A DNA stretch of 64,000 nt from Bispira polyomma (Eukaryota), in NCBI GenBank assembly GCA_965649765.1, contig OZ287751.1, positions 82,088,001 through 82,152,000 on the forward strand, in the 5' to 3' direction. The position numbers and the translations under genes are program-made. The notes below the pieces were generated by a model. That model was not told the DNA's origin. It saw nothing but the letters and a program-made list of their open reading frames with translations, and did no database searches. Shown one piece after another: positions 35,595 through 50,614 of the stretch (its first letter is position 1; the number at the start of each line of letters is the position of its first letter).

Positions 35595-38500
35595 AATACA
35601 TTGCCATGACAGTAAGTGGGGTCCCTATATGGAATCCATTTCAGGAAGAAAACTCGGAAATCTCTGCCAAAGAACTCAGGTCGTGCGAAAGGAGTCCAAC
35701 TCTGAAAGGTGCTTACCACTATCGTCAACTGTTTCGATGTGTGCTCAGTGGACAACCCAACGAATTAGTCGGTCTGGCCTTAGATGGCTTCCCTATCTAT
35801 GGACCTATAATTGATGAACACATTGTGATAACGAATACAGATCTCGACATCTGTCATGGAAGAATCGTTGATGGTCGGTACCAGTATCATATAACCTATG
35901 AATATCCGTATGTCATTTCCTGTTTCCAAGGTAGACCTGTTTCACACTTGCAAGAATCAGGTGGACTAGGACATTGTTATGCCTACTGTAGAGGTGGAGT
36001 GATAGACAAAGACAGTACTTGTACACATCCGATCTACATTAACAATCCCACACTCTACAAGCACCTGACTTCACAGCTGGTGATGGTGAACTTCACCGAA
36101 GAAAATGAGAAATTCACGACCATGCAATCTCAATCACAAGGTTTGCAGATGTATACATCTCCATCAGTTCAAGTACACAGTGATACATATGTTTCTGCTA
36201 CTTCTTCTGTTGTTCCTGATGTGACAAGGGAAGGTCCTGGTAAGAAACACAACCATTCAGAACAGAATAGAAATATCCAAACCAGTTCTGACCAATTTTC
36301 TGCAAGGCCAACGTTTAAAATTTACCTCAGTGGTTTTATTAATATTACAGAATATACAGAAAATATAATCATAACAACCGATCAAACTCAAACTAATTCT
36401 AGTAGACTAGTGACTAAGTCTTATAATCACATGACAAGTTCAAATGATAAACTATCGCAAGAATCAATGTTTAATGAAACCGTTTCAGCTGAAACTAGTT
36501 CTAGCGTAAAGTTTTCTTCTAATATAAACAATGAAGACACCACAACCAACTCTGACAAGCCTAATGATATGATTACAATGAGTAACATGGATATTAATAC
36601 AAACACTCCACTAATATCAGCATCTGATAAACATCCATTGTTAACATACATTACTAAAATTACAGCAACAACAGGCAATACAGATGGGTTGACTTTAAGT
36701 GGCAACAAGATTTATACCATTTCTAATAAACCAAACAATAAAAGGGTGTCTAATTCATATAGCACTACCCCTGTAATAGACGATCAAATTACAACAGATT
36801 CTGAATTCAAAGACAATGTAAAAACAGTCATAACAGTTACCAACTCTAGTGACAGAAAGAACAAAGTGACACGAGAGTCATACAAAACTGAGTATGATAA
36901 AATTGATATTTTATATAGTAATACAGATGACAACACCAACTTGACCAGTAAGAAAATGAGTGATTTATCTGACAGAGTCACTGAACTAACAAAAGACTAC
37001 AAATACTCTACAGCTCCTAATGATCAAACAAAGACGACAGACAAGTTAACAAGTAGTTTTAACATAAAAAATACATTTATTCAAAATTCAACCGATTTAC
37101 TTAATGCAAATAATTCAACAATGCCACAAAAAACTGTCAACTCCAATATCTCCAGTGTTGAATTGACAACCGAGTTAAATAACCACACTTTATCAATACT
37201 TGATTATGCATCTGAGCTAACATCTAATATCAAATATGAAAGTACCAGTACTTACTCCACTGAAGTAGAGATGTTTCAAGAAGAACAAACTTCTACAAAA
37301 TCTAAAACAGTCAGTATAACATCTGAACCTGGCAGTGCTTACATCACTGAAGTAGATAATCTTCAACAAGAAGAAACTTCTACAAAATCTAAAACCACCA
37401 GTATAACATCTGAACTTAGCACTTCTTACACCACTGATATAGAGATATTTAAAACAGAACAAGCTTCTGCTAAATCTGAAACAGCCAGTACAACATCTGA
37501 AAGTAGCACTTCCTACCCCACTGAAGTAGAGATACTTCAAAAGGGACAAACTTCTACAAAATCAGAAACAGGCAGTATAACATCTGAACCTAGCGGTCCT
37601 TACATCACCGAACTAGAGATACTTCAAGAACAAATTTCTACAAAATCAGAAACAGGCAGTATAACATCTGAACCTAGCGGTCCTTACATCACCGAACTAG
37701 AGATACTTCAAGAACAAATTTCTGCAAAATCTGAAACAGCCCGTATAACACCTGAACCCAGCAGTCCTCACACCAATGAAGTAAAGATACTTCAAAAGGA
37801 ACAAACTTCTAAAACAGCTGAAACAGCCAGTATAACATCTGAACCTAGCAGTGCTTGCAGCACTGAATTAGAGATACTCCAAAAAGAACAAACTTCTACA
37901 AACTCTGAAACAACCAGTATAACATCTGAACCTAGCAGTTCTTACCCCACTGAAGTAGAGATACTCCAAGAACAAACTTCTACAAAATCAGAAACAGACA
38001 GCACAACACCTGAACCTGGAAATTCTTACATCACTAAAGTAGAGATACTCCAAGAAGAAGAAACTTCCACAAAATCTGGAACAGTCAGTATAATATCTGA
38101 ACCTAGTCGTCCTTATACCACTGAACTAGAGATACTTCAAGAGCAAACTTCTACAAACTCTGACAGAACTAATGTAACTTCTGAACCTAAAAGTCCTTAC
38201 GTCACTAAAGTAGAGAAATTTAAAACAGAACAAACATCTGAACCTAGTTGTCTTTACACCACTGAAGCAGAACTAATTCAAGAACAAACTTTTATAGAAT
38301 CTGAAACAGCCAGTATAACATCTGAACCTATCGGTCCCTACATCACTGAAGTTGATATATTTAAAAGAGAACAAACTTCTACAAAATCAGAAGCCGCTAG
38401 TATAACATCTGTACCTAGCAGTACTTACTCCACTGAAGTAGAGAAACTTCAAGAAGAGCAAACTTCTTCAAAATCTGAAACAGCTAATATAACATCTGAA

Positions 38501-41500
38501 CCTAGCAGTACTTACACTGCTGAAGTAGATATACTTCAAGAACAAACCTCTCCAGAATCTGAAACTGCCAATATAACATCTGAACCTATCAGTACTTACT
38601 CCACTAAAGTAGAGATACTCCAAAAAGAACAAACCTCTCCAAAATCTGAAAGAACCAATATAACAGCTGAACCTAGAAGTCCTTACACCACTGAAGTAGA
38701 TATACTGAAAGAACAAACTTGTACAAAATCTGAAACAGTCAATACAACATCTGAACCCAGTAGTCTTTACACCACTGAAGTAGAGATACTTAAAGAACAA
38801 ACTTCTACTAAATTGGAAGCCGCTGCAACATCTCAACCTGGCAGTCCTTACATCACAGAAGTAGATATATTTCAGGAAGAAGAAACTTCTACAAAATCTG
38901 AAACAGCTAATATAACATCTGAACCTAGCAGTACTTACACTGCTGAAGTAGATATACTTCAAGAACAAACCTCTCCAGAATCTGAAACTGCCAATATAAC
39001 ATCTGAACCTATCAGTACTTACTCCACTAAAGTAGAGATACTCCAAAAAGAACAAACCTCTCCAAAATCTGAAAGAACCGATATAACAGCTGAACCTAGA
39101 AGTCCTTACACCACTGAAGTAGATATACTGAAAGAACAAACTTCTTACACCAATGATATAAAAATATTTAAATCAGAACAAGATTCTGCTAAATCTGAAA
39201 CAGCCAGTACAACATCTGAAAGTAGCACTTCCTACCCCACTGAAGTAGAGATACTTCAAAAGGGACAAACTTATACCACATTTGAAACAGCCACTATAAC
39301 ATCTGAACCTAGCACTCCTGACACCAATGAAGTAAAAATATTTCAAAAGGAACAAACTTCTACAACATCTGAAACAGCCAGTATAACATCTGAACATGGC
39401 AGTCCTTACAGCACTGAAGTAGAGATACTTCAAAAACAAACTTCTACAAAATCAGAAACAGACAACACAGCATCTGAACCTAGCAATTCTTACACGACTG
39501 AAGTAGAGATACTCCAAGAAGAAAAAACTTCTACAAAATCTGAAACAGTCAGTATAACATCTGAACGTAACAGTCCTTATACTACTGAACTAGAGATACT
39601 TCAAGAACAAACTTTTACAGAATCTGAAACAGCCATTATAACATCTAAACCTAGCAGTTCTTACACCACTGAAGAAGGGATACTTCAAGAGCAAACTTTT
39701 ACAGAATCTGAAACAGCCATTATAACATCTAAACCTAGCAGTTCTTACACCACTGAAGTAGAAATGCTTCAAGAACAAACTTTTACAGAATCTGAAAGAG
39801 CCATTATAACATCTGAACCTAACCGTTCTTACACCACTGAAGAAGGGATACTCCTAGACAAAGAAACTTCTACAAAATCTGAAACAACTAGTACAATATT
39901 CGAACTTAACAGTACTTACACCACTGAAGTAGAGATACTTCAAGAAGAAACGTCTACAAAATCTGAAACAACCAGTATAACATCTGAACCTAGCAGTACT
40001 TACACCACTGAAGTAGAGATACTTCAAGTACAAACATCTCCACAATCTGAAACATTCAGTATAACATATGAACCCGGCAGTCCTTACATAACTGAAGTAG
40101 AAATACTTCAAAAACAAACTTTTACAGAATCTGAAACAGTCAATATAACATCTGAACCTAACAGTTCTTACACCACTGAAGTAGAGATACTCCTAGAAGA
40201 AGAAACTTCTAGAAAATCTGAAACTGCTAGTACAATATCTGAACCTAGCAGTACTTGCACCACTAAAGCAGAGATACTTCAAGAAGAAACGTCTACAAAA
40301 TCTGAAACAGCCAATATAACATCTGAAACTATCAGTACTTACATCACTGAAATAGAGATATTTAAAACAGACCAAACTTCTGCTAAATCTGAAACAGTCA
40401 GTAGAACATCTGAAACTAGCACTTCTTACAACACTGAAGTAGAGATACTTGAAGAAGAAGAGACTTCTACAAAATATGAAACAGCCAATATAACTTTTAA
40501 TCCTGGCATTCCTTACACCACTAAAGTGGAGATACTTCAAAAAGAACAAACTTCTACAACATCTACAACAACCAGTATAACATCCAAACTTAGCACTTCT
40601 TACACCAATGATATAGAAATATTTAAAACAGAACAAGCTTCTGCTAAATCTAAAACAGCCAGTACAACGTCTGAAAGTAGCACTTCCTACCCCACTGAAG
40701 TAGAGATACTTCAAAAGGGACAAACTTCTACAAAATCTGAAACAGTTAGTATAATATCTGAACGTAACAGTCCTTATACGACTGAACTAGAGATACTTCA
40801 AGAGCAAACTTTTACAGAATCTGAAACAGCCATGATAACATCTAAACCTAGCAGTTCTTACACCACTGAAGAAGGGATACTTCAAGAACAAACTTTTACA
40901 AAATCTGAAACAGCCAGTATAACATTTGAAACTAGCACTTCCTACACCACTAAAGTAGAGATGCTTGAAGAAGAAGAGACTTCTACAAAATATGAAACAA
41001 CCAATATAACTTTTGAACCTGGCAGTCCTTATACCACTGAACTAGAGATACTTCAAGAACAAACTTTTACAGAATCTGAAATTATAACATCTGAACCTAG
41101 TAGTTCTTACACCACTGAAGTTGAGATAGTCCAAGAGGAAACGTCTACAAAATCTAAAACAGCAAGTACAATATCTGAACCTAGCAGTTCTTACACCACT
41201 GAAGTAGAGATACTTCTAGAAGAAACGTCTACAAAATCTAAAACAGCCAGTACAATATCCGAACCTAGCAGTACTTACACCACTGAAGTAGAGATACTTC
41301 AAGAAGAAACGTCTACAAAATCTAAAACAGCCAGTATGATATCTGAAACTATCAGTACTTACATCACTGAAATAGAGATATTTAAAAAAGACCAAACTTC
41401 TGCAAAATCCGAAACAGTCAGTACAACATCTGAAACTAGCACTTCCTGCACCACTGAAGCAGAGATACGTGAAGACGAGGTTTCTACAAAATATGAAACA

Positions 41501-44347
41501 GCCAATATAACTTCCCAACCTGGCAGTCCTTACACTACTGAAGTAGAGGTACTTCAAGGAGATCAAACTTCTACAAAATCTGAAACAGCCAGTAAAACAT
41601 CTAAACCCAGCAGTCCTTACCCCCCTGAAGCAGAAATACTTCAAGAACAAACTTCTACAAAATTTAAAAGAACCAATATAACAGCTGAACATAGAAGTCC
41701 TTACACCACTAAAGAAGGGATACTTCAAGAACAACCTAGTAACTCTTTAGCAGATATAACAGTTCCATCAAGTACAGCAAACATTACAGCTATTACTGAT
41801 ATCAATACAAGATCTAACTTTTCAGTTACAGCATACAAATCAATAATTGGTCTTAAAGACACATCTATTGAAACAAACTTATCAGTTACAAAATACAAAA
41901 CAAAACCTGTTACCACTAAAGACAATGTTGCAAATAACAATCTTACCACAATCTCCATCCTGTCACATCAGAACAGCAGTGAAATAGCGGCACATTTAAA
42001 TTTTATTACAGATTCTAATCCGGAAACTGAAACGGAACAGTATAGCGAACTTCCAGGACAGACCAGTACATCTCTGCCATACACACCATCAGTCCATGGT
42101 TTACCTGCTAATGTTACTGGCTATGATGAACCTTCTAGATTTACAGTTAAACATATGGATACATCATCTGGCTATGAAACTCTAGCTAAAACTGATACTA
42201 CTGAGAAAGGAATATTGACCGATGCAAATACCATGTTTTCACCAAGTGTTTCTACCACTCTGCTAACTGCTACAAGCTCTTCATCTCACACAGATATTAA
42301 ATACAGCAACACTCAAACTTCCAATGTTTCTACAAAACAAGCCGTCTCATTTGGCGATAAAACTGACATTGTGTCTGACCTTTCAATAACAACTGATCAA
42401 GTTGGAATAACTGATTCTACAAACAAATCTTCAAAAATTCATATTGGGGTTACAACTGAGAATACTAAACCATCAACAGATGGAACAACTTCATCCAATC
42501 AATATAGCAATACAGCAACCTGGTTGTCTCATTCTAGAGCTAACATATCTTCAAAAATGGTTGACACATCATCTACTGAACCAATAAGAAAGAGTCAAAG
42601 TTCAACCTTTGATGATGATGTTTCCACCATTACACAGGCTCTGAAAACAATCACTGCAGCAAACTCGCATGGATTTTTGGAGACTCATTTAAGTCAAACA
42701 AAAGCTACATCGGAAACTCCAGTTAATAACACATCTACAACAGAATATGGTGTAACTAGGTCTGAGATATTTGAAACCAATCCTGTGAATACATCAGAAG
42801 CCAGTCGTATATATTCAATGTTTCAAAGATCATCTACAGAAAATAACAAAGAGGTTCTATGGACTACATCTCAAGAACAACTATCTTCAAATCAGTTGTC
42901 TAAGGAAACAACACCAATTGACAACAGGAACATAGATTATGCTTCCACCAAGATGACACTGACCAGAATATTACAGACAGAACTAGCCTCAGTCTCTGAG
43001 TTACCATTGACAATAGATTTCACTGAGGAAAGTGATGTAGACACCTTGAGTACAGGTATAGAATATACAGAGGGCATGTCCACAACATACACTGCTCAGA
43101 CTGGTACTGAAAGTATGCATACAGAAGAAACAGCAACAGGCTTGATGGTTAGAACTGAAACTACAAGTAACATATCTTTGCCTGAATCAGGAGACATTAA
43201 TACAACAGACACAGTGCAGGCAAGCATTAAAACTACTCATACTGAAGAAACATCAGCAAGCTCGATAGTTAGTACAGACTCTACAATTGGCAGAACTTTG
43301 CCTGAATTAGGGGACATTCATGTCAGTAGAGCAGAGACAGCACATACGAGCATAGAAACGACTTATACTGAGTTAACAACAGCAAGTTCGATGGTTAGTA
43401 CACAATCTACAAGCGCTAGAAGTTTACCTCAATCAGGAGACATTAATGTTACTACAGCAGACACCATTGTATACACCAGAGACTTAAATGAAACCTTATT
43501 AAATATAACACAAGATAAAATCCCAAATACTGCATCAAATGTAGTGGTAAGTACCGAAACAACAAATGATCAAGTTTCAACATCAAGCCATCGTGATGTA
43601 GATACAACACCTCACCCAGTACAATCAGACACAATAACAGATGATGCATTATCAGCATCAACTACTGATCTTGATTCTCAAACAATACAAGGTACAACAC
43701 CATATCATTCAGGAAAAGGGACAATGACAGAAGCTACCAGTGGACCAAATCAATCGGCTATCCCTGTTACACAATTCGCCGATACACAACAAACCACTTA
43801 TACAGAAGATTTAACAGCATCAACTACTGGTATTGGCATGCAAAAAATACAAAGTACAACACCATATCCTTCAGAAAAGGAGACAACAACAGAATCTGGA
43901 AGTGGGCCAATGCAATCTGCTATCCCTGTTACACAATCCTCCGATACGCAACAAACCATTTACACAGAAGCTTTAACAGCATCAACTACGGGTCTTGACA
44001 TGCAAAAGATTCTTGACTACTGCAAGAATTACTTCTATGTCTATACTGACTTCAGTACACCTGGGTATTCTGGGGAGACTACTGACCAGTATACTACTGA
44101 AGAAGGTACACAAGAGGAAGTCTCTACAGTATCCACTACCAAGGCTAAACCATCCACCCTGAAGAAAGTCATTATCAGAGATGAGGGGATGAAAGACAGG
44201 GACCTAATGACTGACTTCTTTTTTAAAAACAAGAAATGGCCTAAAAAGGTATATAGTCCTTCCTCAGGAGGCAGCAAGGTTTACATCAGTTTGCCAATAC
44301 TTCTGAGTTGTTACTGCACTTACTTTATTATACTGAAACAGAGATAG
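35595..44347 (+). CDS. YHYH-domain/mucin-like surface protein A, 8.75-kb exon 2 (probable GPI anchor)
   Basis: CTTTCAG|AA acceptor, phase 1. SGVPIWNP, YHYR, GLALDGFPIYGP, DLDICHGR and YQYHITYEYPY are YHYH-family motifs. Followed by more than 2500 aa of S/T/E-rich sequence and a hydrophobic C-terminus after SSGG. Confidence 0.88.
37240..41740 (+). repeat. coding tandem repeat, 81-84 bp (27-28 aa), more than 50 units
   Basis: Consensus approximately TSEPSSPYTTEVEILQ(E)EQTSTKSETASI; the reading frame is preserved throughout. Confidence 0.95.
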
Positions 44348-45221
44348 ATTGTTATATGTGTGAATGTAAAATATCACTTGGCCAATTGTTGTTGTTTATT
44401 GATTTATTCATTCATTGTTTTGGTAAAGTAGTAAATATCAATGAAAATCCCATTGCAAATTTACTGTTGTTAGATATATTATAGCATTACTAGTATCATT
44501 CTGTTTCACTTGTGGAAGATTTTACACTGTGAACACCTAATATATATGTTTTATATGAAGGTTTGTTTCTTCATCAAATTCAGTTCAGACATGATAAAGT
44601 TGCCTTTTATTGATAGCAAATGTTTCTAATCACAATGTTATTTTTATCTTCAATAAATGACTGAAATAAAAATCTGAATAGCAGTATAAAATGTGTACCA
44701 ACACTGGCTAAGAGTCTTCAAAATAAATAACTGTTAAGACTTGTTAGTATATTTACAAAGTCCACCCAAAACTGTATTTTCAAAAACTTTTGACCGTCTT
44801 TATTCGTACTCTGAATTTCAAAATTCTTCACTTATGTGTCTATTTATTAAGTGTAGATAGATATAGATATAGGTGATATTATCCATATAGCAGTATTGTG
44901 AAAATAAACTCTTTTAATTCAAAAGTATTACTTTTTCAATAATTACCAAAAATTTAGGCTTAGTAAAAAAAACAGTCATTTCGCAAATTCCCTGGAATTT
45001 TCAGTCATTTTGCAAAGTGAATCAAAGATTTCGCGAAATGACTGAAATGTCCATGGATTTTACAAAATCCCTGATTACACATTTTGCCTGTTACATTTTT
45101 CACGATAAAGAAGTAATAAAGGTTGCAGTGATTTTGTTTATTTATTTATATATTCAAAATTATACTATCGAATATCAAAGTCTTAATTACCTTTTCTTGA
45201 CTAAGTTGAAAGGGATAAGTT

Positions 45222-46068
45222 GAAAGCATTGTTTCCAGTTGACATCCTGGGTAGCCCTTTCAGCCCATCTGATTCTGTCAAGAACCTGGGTGTATGGTTT
45301 GACTCTGACTTTTCTTTCTCTTAACACATTCAGAATGTCTGCAAAAGCTGTTTTGTGCAACTCCGGGACTTTAGACGTGTCAGGCGGTTTCTCACTTATG
45401 ATGCTTCTATACTTGCTGCCAACGCTTTTGTCAGTAGTAGACTGGATTACTGCAATTCGCTTTTCAGGAGTCTCTCAAAGTTTAATTTACGTACATTACA
45501 ATGCATTTAAAATAGTGCAGCTAGAATTGTATCAAACACCAGTCGATACACCAGTATAACTCCTGTTCTTAAGAAATTGCATTGGCTCTCTGTTGAACAG
45601 TGTTCAGTGTTTAAGACAGCTACACTTGTTTATAAGTTTCTTCACACTGGGTTTCCAAAGTATTTAGTCCCATATCTTTCCACTTACAGTAGTTCCTACA
45701 ATACCAGACGTAGTCAGAATGGTAGTAATTTCCTTGTCGTTCTGAAGTTCCACCTATCTACTCAAAAGTCGGTTAAACAGTTTGGTCACAGCTTTGTTTT
45801 TGATGCTCCCATTGTTTAGAATGCTCTTCCTGATGTGATTCGTGCATCTCCCTCACTAGCCTGTTTTAGAAAGCAGCTTAAAATCCACTTGTACACTAAA
45901 CCATACCCACCTTAGTCTCAATCATCCCCCGACGTGCTCTGTGGTGCTGACCCTTTTCTGTCCCTTGATTTTGGAAATTGGATAACTGTCTTTTGTGCTT
46001 GTGCGCCTTTGAGTCCCCTTTGTTAAGGGGAGATTAAGCGCTATAAAAGTCTAATTACAATTACGATT
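45222..46068 (+). mobile_element. 5'-truncated L2/CR1-clade LINE
   Basis: VKNLGVWFDSDFSF, VSSRLDYCNSL and LHWLSVEQ...FKTATLVYK with in-frame stops; 3' end GCGCTATAAAAGT followed by AATTAC repeats. Confidence 0.88.
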
Positions 46069-49000
46069 GACTACACAAGTAAAGCCACCCAGCACAAACA
46101 TCTGTCAGTCCCCTAAATGAAGACAAGTGAATAACACTGCTTCTTTTTTCCGAGAAAGTTTGCTAGTATGTTGGAATTAAATGGTAGCACATTGAAGATC
46201 TTTCCTTGAGGATTTATTTTTAAATGTTTAAGCTTTCATCACTAGGTATATCTGATGTTCTTTAGTGTTGATATGACCCCTTGCTGACTATTTCTATCAT
46301 AGTTTAAATATGTCATTGTTTACATCCAACGTTTACATCCAGTGGTCATAATATGTGACAAAGATGCTAAAAGTGACATAAAGATATATTCAAATTTAAA
46401 TCCCTATTGTACCTGGTCACCCCACAGCTAGGACCCATCCAAGGTACTCGTTACTTCCAAGTATGTTACCCACCAAGCCACAGTTGCAGATACTAAATTG
46501 TTGCCAGTTTTCTCTGTCCTCTAACTGCCTCAATTGTCTCACACAGCAAACACTACAGGACCAGTATTCTAGAAAGAAACTCAAACTCTGACTTAACTCA
46601 ATTGACGACTATGCAGAAGTCCCCTGTACATAGAAATTATCTATAATCATGACCATTCATTTTAATGGAGCTTTCAGTGCTGAATATAAATATACAGTCA
46701 GATTGTATTTAACTTCACTCTAGGCAGATATAGCGAGACCTTAAAGTGGAGATCGTCAATCTGAGTTAAACTTAGGGATTTTTGGAAGAATACAGCCATA
46801 GGTTTTTATAGTATCACCTGCGCGTGACTATGAATTCTAACGAAGCTCTTTATTTATAAATTAAGGATGTACTGTAAACAGTGTGTAGTGCTGTGAGCGA
46901 GGATTAAAGTCACAGTTGTCTGTGAAATTATAGGGCAATACAACGTCAGTGAAACAAATGCAAACAACATAGCTTCTTAGATTTGGATCAATTTATACAA
47001 CACACGCTTTACCGCTATGTGGGTGCATGTTAATACACTTATTAATTTCACAAAACTTCTGCTCGGCTATTTCAATCTTGGTAATTAATTATCAGGTGGT
47101 CTCCTGTGGTTTAGTGACTAGGGAGTTGCTCTGCTGATCAGGGGGTCACTGGTTCCACTCTCTCTTGGGGGATTTGGTCCAATAATCGGAAGGTTCCTGG
47201 TTCGACTCCTGCTAATTGCTGCTAGGTTCAATAATGTAGGCACCAGGTTCATATTATTCATATCAAAAACTTTTAAAATTAAACTAATTATATATATATA
47301 ATGATTTATCAAATTGGGAACCTGTTAGATTTAAATTAAGGTTCCCTCATACTTATGAGGTAACATTATCTTAATAGAATAAGTAATATGGTGTGTAACT
47401 ATAACATAGTTAATTAGAAAATATACTTACAATTGGCAACAGGTACCTCTCATTTCTTCCTTAAACTTAAAAATTTACAATTTCAATAAAGTAATTTTTA
47501 ATTCCCATTCTCAAAATTCTCAGTGCCTTTGTTAAGGGGACCCTAGTCAATTAAGGTCACCGTAGAAATGTTTTAAATAATAAAAAAAATGTAGGAATAT
47601 TTTATACCCGCAGTACCCGCAAGTCACTCAAGGTCACTGATAGATTGCTTTCTAGTGTGTGTAAAATAAGGGAACAATAGCATATCCTGTGAAGTTAAGG
47701 GTATCAGATTTTCGTTAAAACAATGAATTTAAAAAAAATATGTAAGCCTCTTTCAGTTTGGTTCCCGAAAATAAGATAAAATCTGAAATTGCAAGGGAAT
47801 GGAACAGTGATGTGATACACTAAAGGCTATTTGAAAAGCACCAAGAGAATGTGTACTCATTTGGATTAGTTTTGGGGGGAACTATTGTTTAACCAGGAGA
47901 TACATTACAGCAACTACTAATACATGGCATGCAATCAGAGCTGTATGGTCTATATATTAAAAAGGTAAAAAACCTTTTTCTTTGAACTAGAAAACTACAG
48001 GGTCTGAAAAGGGCTCAGTGGTATATATGATTTCAAAGTTAGTAACTGAAGAATAAATACATTGAAACAAGGTGTTAGAAAAATATCTCGTTGGCCGATC
48101 AAAATATATCAAAGAATCTAAGTGCTGTATAAATGGAACTTTTTACTATAAATTAATTATAGCTAATGGATTTGGATAGTAAGAATTAATCCCGAGTATT
48201 AAAAACTAAAAAGATATTTAAAACTAAAACTAACCAATGGTGAGAATTAATTCCATTGAATTTCTCAAAAATTGTGAATTTTTAAAATTTTCTTCCAAGT
48301 TATAACAATTTCAAATTCCAACAGATACGCAGTATTTTGTAAACAAAAAGGGTCAAAACCAGCACTACTTTGGTGGGATAAACCAACTATTTCCGAGAAG
48401 TAAGTGAATATACTATAGTGTGCTGGAACACAATTAATACATTGGCTTAACACTCACAGCTCCAAAATGGCCCACTTTTTATCTACCACAAAGGGTCCAG
48501 TCGGGCGTTCAAAGTGCAATATGGAGCATGAATATTTGATGAGTGGTATTCACCTTAGGGATCTTTTATTATTTCGGATTAATTAAAAGAATACTTCACA
48601 TGAGGCTGCTTATTGTGCCTTCAGTCATGTAGAAAAAAGGGCATCCAACCCACCAAAAGAGAGGATATATACATTTCTGAGAAAGGTTAGATTTACTGAG
48701 GATATTATACCAGGCTCTGTAATCATTTTGGTTATATGACCATCTTTGGAGTTATATGAACTATAAAATTATATGTAGAATACGAGGATGTATGTGTATA
48801 GCTTACAATGGAAGAAGTATGCTTGTGAATATTTACTGCAGTGTGGAGAATAACTGTGATGTACAAATATTTCCAATACAATGTGATATATGTTGCTGTA
48901 GATAGGTTGTTTACAATTAGTATGAGATATTTAGTATAAGCTTTATATAAAGGACAAACCAATGGACTTATATGGAAAGTATTTCAATAATACATAATTT

Positions 49001-49203
49001 GTAATATAAAATACAAAGAACAAAACAGGCCAACCATGACATAAGCTTGGGAAAAAAGACGGTAAATATTTTCCTGCCATAAAGAGATTACATGTAATCC
49101 CACTTAACGGAAATAGTCACGCAACTTGCGGCAGAAAAGTATGGGTTAGGTGGAAGACAAGAGTGCGCATGCGCGGGTGTTGTTCCCGCCATTACAGGTG
49201 AAA

Positions 49204-49459
49204 ATGTCGTCTGCAGTGTTTTCGTGTTTTCTGTCTGCTATCGCGGCCATCACAGTATGGCACAGTGTTATGGGTCAGTTGACGGACAGGGAGGTGGACG
49301 TATTTCGGGGTCAGGGAGTGAATGTCTCCAGTCTTCATGGTATGTGGTACTTTAGCACTCAATGGCCTCTGGGTCAGACTTCCACTGGAGAGGATTCTAA
49401 CAGCATTTCTATACCACAGGATCCAAGTTCAGTTAGGAGACCACAGTGTTTACTTACTG
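49204..49459 (+). CDS. YHYH-like/mucin-like surface protein B, exon 1
   Basis: Signal peptide MSSAVFSCFLSAIAAITVWHSVMG; ends IPQDPSSVRRPQCLLT with donor G|GTGAGT, phase 1. Aligns with exon 1 of gene A. Confidence 0.82.
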
Positions 49460-50614
49460 GTGAGTGTGCATCTAATGTTAAAACAAGAAATAAGTTACTA
49501 ATAGTGGGTATTATTATTAGTATTCACCATTTACATGTGATACCCTATTGATATATTATCCTCTAAGGCATTGAATCTCTGAAGGGAATAGTCCTAAAAC
49601 ATAGCCTGGGTCGTCATCAGTGGGCAATGGCATATTCATAATTGGTTCAAGGATGTTGTCCTCAAATGAAGCTAATGGCATTAGCAAGAGTCGATATGGA
49701 GGACCTTCTGATTACCAGATCAACTCCCTAACCACAAGATAATGGGAGATGTTAAAATAAGTTTTAGGTTATATTTAGGCTGGTACACATTAGGCCTGAC
49801 AATTGAACATTGCATTGTATTTGACTAGAAATAAATTTTGAATGATTTCTTTTCCACAGGTTTTCAATATACTGCCACATTTAGTATGTCGTTTTGTTTT
49901 CAATAACACAACATTCATGTTAAAATATTAATGCTTCTCTGAGATATTCGCCCTTAACTTATAGGTGGGCCTCAACTGTCGGTTTGCCTTTAATGCTACA
50001 ATGATTTTGAAAATGTAATGTGATGTTCACATGTCGATGATTTCTTATACAGTGGTGGTAATATTTGAGTTCCTTCTTCCTGTTTTAACATGTGATTGAT
50101 TGTTAACTAATTATGTTGAACCGTTTGACATATTTATGATTTTCTATAAAATAGAAATGAATATTTAGATTCATTCTTACTATTTTAAAATGGCTTTTAT
50201 TGTTGGTCCATTCTTTATTATTATCTCGTACTTATATTGTGTTTATATAGTTGCAATTATATACATTATTAATGACCTGTAATAATGCCCTACCTGATAT
50301 AATAATATCACATTATAGGATTATGTAATGGCTACTTCATTACCTTGTAATGTACCATTTTAAGTTTATCTTTAAATTTTACTAGTAACTGTTAACAAAT
50401 GATAAAAAATAGATACAGTGAATTCTAATGTAAAGTTGTATACAAAATATGTTTGATGTATTAGTTATATGTCTTCTGCTTTATATATCATCATATCTTT
50501 TAAAAGGAGTAAAACAAATCAATTTTAGAACAGTGTTGTTCCAATGTGTCGATATGAAACAGGCACCTATCCTTACCTGGTTAAGAGTGACCTACTATGA
50601 CATATTTTTTCCAG

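Noticed and set aside
36427-44277. Many minus-strand ORFs rich in F/R/C/Y
   Set aside because: Antisense shadows of the repetitive mucin exon.
50449-50614. N-terminal 55 aa of the 752-aa ORF (and 35567-35594 of the 2926-aa ORF, 60969-61035 of the 405-aa ORF)
   Set aside because: Intronic sequence upstream of clear acceptors; proper signal-peptide exons lie further upstream.
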